This document shows, piece after piece, positions 57,365 through 64,000 of a DNA stretch of 64,000 nucleotides. The stretch is taken from IMG/VR virus record IMGVR_UViG_3300027730_000005, one strand, 5' to 3'. The notes beneath the pieces are model-generated. The model made no database searches and had not been told where the DNA came from. It saw nothing but the letters and a program-made list of their open reading frames with translations. Every line of letters starts with the position of its first letter. The stretch's first letter is position 1. This stretch comes from a virus (lineage: Duplodnaviria > Caudoviricetes). Made by a program: the position numbers and the translations under genes.

Positions 57365-59341
57365 TTAGGCAGTTGGCGGATTGTTTCTGGCTTTATTTCG
57401 AGCAGTAAAATCAAACCTATTCACTGCTTTGCCATAGCCTGCAGGGGTAGCAAATACCCATCCTTCGTTGCCGGGCACTTGCGTATCCAGCTGCGACAAC
57501 AGATCTAGTTTTAAATCATGCAATAGTTCAAACAACAAGAATGCAGCAGCCAAGGCCTGTTCATTTGAAGTAGGGCTACGCAGGTATTGTGCAATGTTGT
57601 TTACTTTCTGCGGAGTTTGAGTTTGTTGTAACCATGATAAAAATCCTGGAACTAGATCACTGAAATCACCAGTATACGCAGCATGATTTGGATCCACACG
57701 TTTGTTAATATAATCCACTGCCAATTTGGCCAAGTCGGTTATTTTCATAGCACGTAGTTCAGTGGGATTAAACAACGTATCCAATACTGCACGATTCTGA
57801 CGTAACAGTGTTTTGATCTGTTTGACTATGGCATCGTTCTTTGGTACAGGTTTGGCGTAGATAGGTTCAATCAGCAACAATCCTGGCACAGGATTAAACT
57901 TGACTCTACTGAGTGGTTGTTTGGACGCACCTGCATCTTCATACATGGTATGTACTGCCACACCCACATCGCTGTTGGCAATTTGCTGTCCTAGCTTGCT
58001 ACCAGCAGGAATACGATACTGTACTGTGTTAGGTTGGAATACTAAATTTCCAGCCTCCACAGGCGGGGTTTGTGTGTATAACAGATCACCTTTGACAAAA
58101 CCACGAAAGTTGGTAGGGGTAGCTGCTTCAAGATATGGCCAAATAGTTTGATATACTGGTAGTAATGTGTTTACTCTAGTGGCTGCATTACCTTTGGCTG
58201 CTGCATTGGCATCTCTGCGAGCCATATCGTCAGCGATGGCATCCGGACTGGTAAACAATCCGTCATATCCGGCGGCAGTGAATCCTGCATCATCTGTAAG
58301 CACAAACTCGCCGGTCTCGGGCTTTCTACCAAATACCACAGCAGGTTTACCGTCCCATTTTACTGATCCAGTTTTGGAATTTTCATAGAATGAATCTGCA
58401 ATAGCCAATGCTCGATCCACACCCGCAGTGCCCTGGCGGAACACATAGTCTTCTAGGTGTTCAATACCCTTGGCTTTGCCGCCGATTGCAGCAGGTTCTT
58501 GCTCGTACAGTTGATATATTTTCTTGGTTTCAATCAACGGCATCATGCCTTGATTTACAATTCTATCACGTAGTCTTGCCAAAAAGTTAACATCATTTTC
58601 CTTGACTGTGGTAGTAGGCTCCTGAAGTTCTTCACGTGCCAGATATTCGCGGAAGTCTGCTAGCTTGGTATCTCGTGAAGGGTCTTGTGCCAATGCAGCA
58701 TAAATGGATTCTACATTCTTTAGATTCTCACGGTCGGCACCTTGCCCTAGCAGCACACTTGCCACGTAGTCAGGATCCATACCACCATCCACTAGCTGAT
58801 TTGTGGTGCGAGAGAACATACCATTGGCACCCACTTTGAGTCCCAGTTGCTTGGCTATGCTGCTCATTAGCACATTGCGGTTCATTCCTTTGTATGCAGA
58901 ATCTGTGCCGCCAGCATAAAAGAATTGGCCCCAATCCAAATTAGGGAAAAACATAAAATCTGTTTGTACAAAGCCTTTGTTGGAATCGCCTGCAATAGGT
59001 GTTCGCAAGTGTACTTCGCCGCCCTTTTTGACCCACTCTCTAGGATCAAGTTCTTGACTCTGCACAAACTGTGTGAGAATAGCAGCCAATTGTTCTTTGC
59101 TGATCTCATTGAGATCCACAGCTAGATCCAAATCGCCTGATGTGGGCTTTTTACCTGTGCTGCCCAACCAACGTAGTGGTATGCCATCTGACCCTTTTTC
59201 TGTAGTAAAGTCTATACCGGTGACTTGTTCGATCCAATCAATTGTGGCTGGCACATCTTGCAGATTGATACGTTGGGTTAATGACTCACCCGATTTGGTT
59301 TTGAATACGTTGCCACCTTCAAGTAGCTGTTTAATTTGCAT
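57365..59341 (-). CDS. fusion of a Pol-beta-type nucleotidyltransferase-like domain and a DUF6267-like (ligase-like) domain
   Basis: GGNVF, LGSTGKKPTSGDLDLAVD, VQTDF; then GIEHLED, SVKWDGKPAVVFG, GDLLY, EGWV. Confidence 0.55.
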   Translation of the reverse strand: MQIKQLLEGGNVFKTKSGESLTQRINLQDVPATIDWIEQVTGIDFTTEKGSDGIPLRWLGSTGKKPTSGDLDLAVDLNEISKEQLAAILTQFVQSQELDPREWVKKGGEVHLRTPIAGDSNKGFVQTDFMFFPNLDWGQFFYAGGTDSAYKGMNRNVLMSSIAKQLGLKVGANGMFSRTTNQLVDGGMDPDYVASVLLGQGADRENLKNVESIYAALAQDPSRDTKLADFREYLAREELQEPTTTVKENDVNFLARLRDRIVNQGMMPLIETKKIYQLYEQEPAAIGGKAKGIEHLEDYVFRQGTAGVDRALAIADSFYENSKTGSVKWDGKPAVVFGRKPETGEFVLTDDAGFTAAGYDGLFTSPDAIADDMARRDANAAAKGNAATRVNTLLPVYQTIWPYLEAATPTNFRGFVKGDLLYTQTPPVEAGNLVFQPNTVQYRIPAGSKLGQQIANSDVGVAVHTMYEDAGASKQPLSRVKFNPVPGLLLIEPIYAKPVPKNDAIVKQIKTLLRQNRAVLDTLFNPTELRAMKITDLAKLAVDYINKRVDPNHAAYTGDFSDLVPGFLSWLQQTQTPQKVNNIAQYLRSPTSNEQALAAAFLLFELLHDLKLDLLSQLDTQVPGNEGWVFATPAGYGKAVNRFDFTARNKARNNPPTA

Positions 59342-59576
59342 TGCTGCGCCTCACTGTTCTTGCAAACTTACTTGTATCACGAGTACGGATAGCATTGAGT
59401 AATTTGCGTGTTAAATTTTCTGCTTGTTCCTGTGTGTACGAAGCATCAATCTGTTCTAATAGATTGATTGCACCGGCAATGATATTTGCAGCACGACTCT
59501 CTATCACTAGGTCGCGTTCACGCTCAATGTACATAGAATCTAATTCTTCTAATAGACTACGAGTTCGTTTCTGCAT
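59331..59576 (-). CDS. conserved hypothetical phage protein
   Basis: 81-aa helical ORF (RTRSLLEEL). Confidence 0.65.
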   Translation of the reverse strand: MQKRTRSLLEELDSMYIERERDLVIESRAANIIAGAINLLEQIDASYTQEQAENLTRKLLNAIRTRDTSKFARTVRRSNAN

Positions 59577-59640
59577 ATGGATAAAGGCCTTTGGATTATT
59601 TATTTAAATTTGCACATACAACTTATTAATTAAATACCTG

Positions 59641-60684
59641 ATGAACAACTACTTTTGCGTTTTACCTTGGTACAGTCAAGAACTAGGATCTCAAAATAGT
59701 CCATGTTGCCTATTGCCGGACAAATACAATATTAATCAAATAAAACAAGATTTGCTCAATAACATTCCATCTGTAGATTGTAAAAAATGTTGGGATATAG
59801 AATCCACTGGAAACAAAAGTCGCCGTCAATTTGAGAATGAATTTTTAGACTATAAATTGGATAGAGATTTAGATAAGATTCAACAAGATTGTGCAGACTT
59901 AAAACATCAAACTTTACTTTATCAAATAACCACTAGTAATCTGTGTAATCAGGCATGTGTGAGCTGTGATAGCAGCTTATCAACTAAATGGGCGCAGATT
60001 GAAAAACGCATGGACATAATTCCTAAATCTCAATATCAAATTGAATTAGATCCAACAATTATCAATTACAGTTCAGCAAAACGAATTTCTTTGCTGGGCG
60101 GCGAACCGTTATTTGACCCTAAGACTTTTAAAATATTACAAAACTTAATTGACCACAATAACACTAATTGTTTTATATCATTGATCACCAATGGCAGTAT
60201 ACATCTAAACATACAACAAATTGACTTACTGAAGCAGTTTAATGATTTGAATATTTGTATCAGCATTGATGGCATTGGTACTGTATTTGAATACATGAGA
60301 TGGCCCGGAAAGTGGAATAACCTACTAGAAAATATTAAACAGTACAAAAACATAGCAAAAAATATCAGTGTAAGCTACACAATTAGTTCATTGAATGCTA
60401 TGTACTATAACGAAACTGTTGAGTGGTTTCAACAGAATAATCTAACATACAATCACAATGTTGTTTCATCTCCAGAATGGCTATCACTAGCAAACATGCC
60501 AACCATACTAAAACAACACTTAACTCAACAAGATAATTTTATCAAAATGTATTGTAAGCCCAATGGATGTGAGATAGATTTAAAAATCCTAACACAAAAT
60601 ATTGTTAAACAAGACCATGCAAAAAAAATAAACATCAAAGACTATATGCCTGAACTAGCTGCTGTTATTTTTGATACTGTATAA
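59641..60684 (+). CDS. radical SAM protein with N-terminal Twitch-like Cys cluster
   Basis: CNQACVSC, LLGGEPL, ITNGS, SIDG; N-terminal CVLPW...PCC...CKKC. Confidence 0.88.
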   Translation: MNNYFCVLPWYSQELGSQNSPCCLLPDKYNINQIKQDLLNNIPSVDCKKCWDIESTGNKSRRQFENEFLDYKLDRDLDKIQQDCADLKHQTLLYQITTSNLCNQACVSCDSSLSTKWAQIEKRMDIIPKSQYQIELDPTIINYSSAKRISLLGGEPLFDPKTFKILQNLIDHNNTNCFISLITNGSIHLNIQQIDLLKQFNDLNICISIDGIGTVFEYMRWPGKWNNLLENIKQYKNIAKNISVSYTISSLNAMYYNETVEWFQQNNLTYNHNVVSSPEWLSLANMPTILKQHLTQQDNFIKMYCKPNGCEIDLKILTQNIVKQDHAKKINIKDYMPELAAVIFDTV

Positions 60685-61783
60685 ATTCAGCAACTTCAGG
60701 GAATACTGCTGTCATGTTTAAGTTTCTGCGATGATCATTTTTTTGTAACTCTTCCAGTACTCTTGTTAAATTGTATTGTTGTGATCCTAGAATTTTCAAT
60801 TGTTGTATCCAAGGTTGGCAGTAATTGGATTGAGATTTAAAATACTCAATCATTGCATTGGGCATGGACTCTAGTCCGATGGACTCTAGTCCGTAAATTC
60901 CAAATGCTTGATGTGTGTATATTTCTATATCGTCACCAAATACAGATTTTGAAAAGTTTTGTTCATGCCAGTTGTACACATTATTAAGACTTAAAACATT
61001 TAAAATGCTAGCAGTCACAGTCAATGACAACATGCTGTTGTGAGGTAAATTTTTCTGCCACCACAATAAATTTTCTTCAACTTTATCCCATTTAGCTGGA
61101 TATCGCAAATACTCAAATTGATTACCAATCTCGTCGATACTGAAACTTATTCGAGCAAACTTAAATTTTTCAATAAGTTCTTTTGTTGATTGATCTATGC
61201 GTTGGGTACCATTAGTGTTGTACATTAATTTGATTTGGCTAACATCTGTATGATCAACTAGGTGTTGTAATATTTGTTTATGAGTTAATGTTAAAAATGG
61301 CTCGCCTCCCCACATACGAAGTTCTCGCAAATTTGAAAGATCGAGAGCCTGCAATTTTGTTTTTATAAAATTGTCAATGTTAGGCCTAACATTGAGGCCT
61401 TTTATCCCAAGTTCTTTTCTCCAGGTGGTACTTAGCTCCGGGCCGCATGTTACACAAGCCAAATTACAAGTATAGTCAATATTAACGTCAAGGTATTGAA
61501 TGCCTGGATCATGTGTTTCTGCACCATGGGTTTCAAGGTAACCTACCCGCATGCTTTTTTTATTTGTCTCTTCTTGAGCAATACATTTAGAACAAAAAGA
61601 TTTTGGCAAAATATTTTGTTGATTTTTAACACGCAGTTGGATTAGATCTGGGTGAAAAAAATCAACATGATCCGAAGTTTGAATTAACTGGTTTGCCCAA
61701 CAACATGCCGAGTATGATACTGATTGTTTGTCAATTTTGGCTAGCATAAGCCCATGATGTATCCTAGGGCAGTATTTGCTCAT
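60665..61783 (-). CDS. radical SAM protein with N-terminal Twitch-like Cys cluster
   Basis: CNLACVTC, WGGEPF, NTNGT, SIDE; N-terminal CPRI...ACC...CSKC. Confidence 0.88.
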   Translation of the reverse strand: MSKYCPRIHHGLMLAKIDKQSVSYSACCWANQLIQTSDHVDFFHPDLIQLRVKNQQNILPKSFCSKCIAQEETNKKSMRVGYLETHGAETHDPGIQYLDVNIDYTCNLACVTCGPELSTTWRKELGIKGLNVRPNIDNFIKTKLQALDLSNLRELRMWGGEPFLTLTHKQILQHLVDHTDVSQIKLMYNTNGTQRIDQSTKELIEKFKFARISFSIDEIGNQFEYLRYPAKWDKVEENLLWWQKNLPHNSMLSLTVTASILNVLSLNNVYNWHEQNFSKSVFGDDIEIYTHQAFGIYGLESIGLESMPNAMIEYFKSQSNYCQPWIQQLKILGSQQYNLTRVLEELQKNDHRRNLNMTAVFPEVAEFIQYQK

Positions 61784-63216
61784 GATGTTTTGATCTTTCC
61801 TAACAACTGCTTGAGTTTGGTACTTTGCACATCTGCTGAGATTTTTGGATCTGACGAGTCATTACTATCTTTAGGAGTCGGACGGTCCCACCTGCTGCCT
61901 GAATTGATAGATTCTGCTGGAGTGACTGACGCTTTTGCTTTGATAGAATCCATCAAGCTGGGTTTGCGGAACGAATTTTCACCGCCTTCGTCTCCAGCAT
62001 CTGTAATACGCATAGTGTCAATATCATATTCAAGATCAATTTTTTGTCCTACTCCTGTTGAACTGCGCGACTTCATACATTGAATTTGATACTTGCCACG
62101 CTCTTTCATTTGTCTGCTGGTAAGGATACCAAACACATTATCTGCTGTGTTGATCTTGCTAATACCACCTGAAATATGACTGTGGTCAAACTCTACTTCT
62201 TCTACAGCTGATCGATTCAACTGACTTGCAGTGACCATGAGTATTTGTAATTCTTTGGCCAAATTACGTAGTTCTTCACTCACATATTTGTCTTTAACAA
62301 ACAAATCATTAGGACTTACTTTTGCGCTCACTGGCATCAACAAATCCAAATAGTCAATCATCACAAAGTCCACACGCTTGCCTGTTTGAATTTGATATTC
62401 TTTCAAGTATGCTCGTATATCATTGATGTTGCTCTGTGCCGGTAATCCTTTCACTTGATAGTTTCCAGATTTCTTACCCACTAGTTTGACTTTGAGCTCA
62501 GTGGTATCAATATCTTTACGAATATCCTTGGTGCTCATGTTGGTCAGCATAGCATCAGTTCTTAGACTTGTGAGTTCTTCACTCAACTCCAATGTGATGT
62601 ACACCCCGCTCAATCCTGTTTGTACCCAATTCAATGCTATGTTCATCATGACCAAACTCTTGCCCGAACCCGACCCACCAGCAAAGATGTTTAATTCACC
62701 GCGACTGAATCCACCATACAACAGTCGATCCATCTGCGGCCATCCTGTGCTGACTTGTCCGCCAGAGTTGAAATACTTTTCAATTCTACCCTTGGGATCA
62801 GCAAAGTAATCAGTGCCCATGTCTTTAGTCAAGCTGATTTGCACAGCATCTTTGATCAGTTTCTCCACTGGATCATAATCGCCTTTTTCCAACAAGTCTG
62901 CTGCTTTGAGAATTGCACGTTCCAGTTCTTGACGGCGAGTGAATGCTTCAAACTCTGTCATGAACCATTCAAAGTGTCCTTCGTTCAGCTCCGGCACTGG
63001 TTGTAGTTTCACTCCTGTTGTGGCTGATATCTGTGCTCTATCAGGAAGTGTTTTGTATTTGTCTCCGTGTTCTTTAAGAAACTCAGCAGCTGGTCTCAAA
63101 CTTCGATCAAAGTTTTCTGGATTATAGATGTTCTGTACACGTACATAGCCTTGTGCGTCTTCCAACATCATTTCCAAAAATAACTTTTGTACTTCAATAG
63201 AATAATCTTTAAGCAT
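61780..63216 (-). CDS. DnaB-like replicative helicase (T4 gp41-like)
   Basis: GGSGSGKS, ITLEL, MIDYLDL, TASQLNR, KSRSS. Confidence 0.93.
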   Translation of the reverse strand: MLKDYSIEVQKLFLEMMLEDAQGYVRVQNIYNPENFDRSLRPAAEFLKEHGDKYKTLPDRAQISATTGVKLQPVPELNEGHFEWFMTEFEAFTRRQELERAILKAADLLEKGDYDPVEKLIKDAVQISLTKDMGTDYFADPKGRIEKYFNSGGQVSTGWPQMDRLLYGGFSRGELNIFAGGSGSGKSLVMMNIALNWVQTGLSGVYITLELSEELTSLRTDAMLTNMSTKDIRKDIDTTELKVKLVGKKSGNYQVKGLPAQSNINDIRAYLKEYQIQTGKRVDFVMIDYLDLLMPVSAKVSPNDLFVKDKYVSEELRNLAKELQILMVTASQLNRSAVEEVEFDHSHISGGISKINTADNVFGILTSRQMKERGKYQIQCMKSRSSTGVGQKIDLEYDIDTMRITDAGDEGGENSFRKPSLMDSIKAKASVTPAESINSGSRWDRPTPKDSNDSSDPKISADVQSTKLKQLLGKIKTS

Positions 63217-63221
63217 GATTA

Positions 63222-64000
63222 TTAAGAACTCCGTATTCTTTTAACAAGATTTTTCTTTCTCATTTCAATTTTGATTCGACTGGTTTCACGATTTTCAAAT
63301 ATAGTTAGCAGAGTTGTCAACCTACCATAGCGAACCACGCTGTCATTCACATCCTTGATATCTGCGGGCCACGGTGGCATGCTTACTGCCCATCCTAGTT
63401 CCACAGCACGATCCACAAGTTCCATACCTGCTGAATCTTGATCTGGCACCACAGTAATCTCTCGGCCAAGTCCGCGAATTAGTCTAGCTTGTTCATCTGA
63501 TATAGTGTTGTGCATTACTGCTAGGCCACCAATACTGAGTGCATCAAATATACCCTCTACTACAATTGCATTGGTCCAATCCGCATGTTGCAAATCTGTG
63601 CCAAACACATATCCCTGTTGGCTATCACTGATGTATTTGGGTGTTTTATTATCCAGAAATCTGCGAGTATATCCCACAATGCGATTATCATGAGTAAATG
63701 GTATGATTACATTAGGTCGTGTTAGGAAGGAACGTTCTCTGTGCAATTCTATCATCAATGGATAATCATCTGGCACATGTCTGTTTTGTACATAAGTTCT
63801 ATACGGTTCTTGATCGACCAGCAATTCGCTAAAATCTGGTAGTTCACGTTCTTCAAAATTAATACCTGCTAATGTAGAATACAGTCGCTGCCGGTCATCA
63901 ACGATACCGTATATGCCTCGATGTCTTAGACTTTCTAAGTTTAGCATATCAATTTCGGTGATAGGCACACCCATCCAGCTCAAGAGCCTACGGGCCTTAT
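63222..64000 (-). CDS. DNA primase (T4 gp61-like, TOPRIM), 5' end beyond window
   Basis: IIPF...GYTRR, VVEGIFDAL, VPDQDSAG, KDVND; frame open to the window edge. Confidence 0.88.
   Translation of the reverse strand, partial: KARRLLSWMGVPITEIDMLNLESLRHRGIYGIVDDRQRLYSTLAGINFEERELPDFSELLVDQEPYRTYVQNRHVPDDYPLMIELHRERSFLTRPNVIIPFTHDNRIVGYTRRFLDNKTPKYISDSQQGYVFGTDLQHADWTNAIVVEGIFDALSIGGLAVMHNTISDEQARLIRGLGREITVVPDQDSAGMELVDRAVELGWAVSMPPWPADIKDVNDSVVRYGRLTTLLTIFENRETSRIKIEMRKKNLVKRIRSS

Noticed and set aside
60864-60893. 15-nt tandem duplication (ATGGACTCTAGTCCG x2) in a radical SAM gene
   Set aside because: In-frame slippage duplication (GLESI/GLESM); no sign of a wider repeat system
61780-63216. 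Intein in the gp41-like helicase (a common site)
   Set aside because: Walker A and downstream motifs are contiguous with no Hint blocks
1-64000. Stop-codon reassignment (alternative genetic code)
   Set aside because: Known genes translate full length in the standard code and end at TAA, TGA or TAG at expected positions
1-64000. tRNA or rRNA genes
   Set aside because: No GTTCRA T-loop within a plausible cloverleaf recognised in intergenic gaps; a tRNAscan-SE run would confirm

Overview
The window is a gene-dense, mostly minus-strand segment of a large T4-like (myovirus-type) phage genome. Phage evidence: gp41-like helicase, gp61-like primase (cut by the window end), ATP-dependent ligase, PAAR spike-tip protein, Mtd-N fibre protein, TATAAATA/TAAATA late-promoter motifs and a series of sigma70 early promoters. 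A Burkholderiales-type porin suggests a betaproteobacterial host (inference). Host-like auxiliary modules: csgF-csgG-curlin-like-FecR beside a CHASE2 adenylate cyclase; pstS-plcP-like-GT4 with a Pho box; ClpX, two ClpP, ClpS and Hsp20; AhpC/AhpD; IscU/IscA with four radical SAM paralogues; a desaturase; GlyA; UvsE; and an amidinotransferase / 2OG-oxygenase / UDP-glucose dehydrogenase / glycosyltransferase cluster. The clearest unusual feature is nrdA fractured at the specificity loop into two genes by an atypically split intein (19-aa N-intein, 135-aa C-intein) with a free-standing GIY-YIG endonuclease gene between them. Other notable signals are ROSE-like RNA thermometers, apparently leaderless late genes and a structured non-coding leader. 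I recognised no tRNA, rRNA or CRISPR array. All family calls come from motif recognition by eye, not database searches. Several start codons were moved from the ORF track where SD or promoter context supported it.
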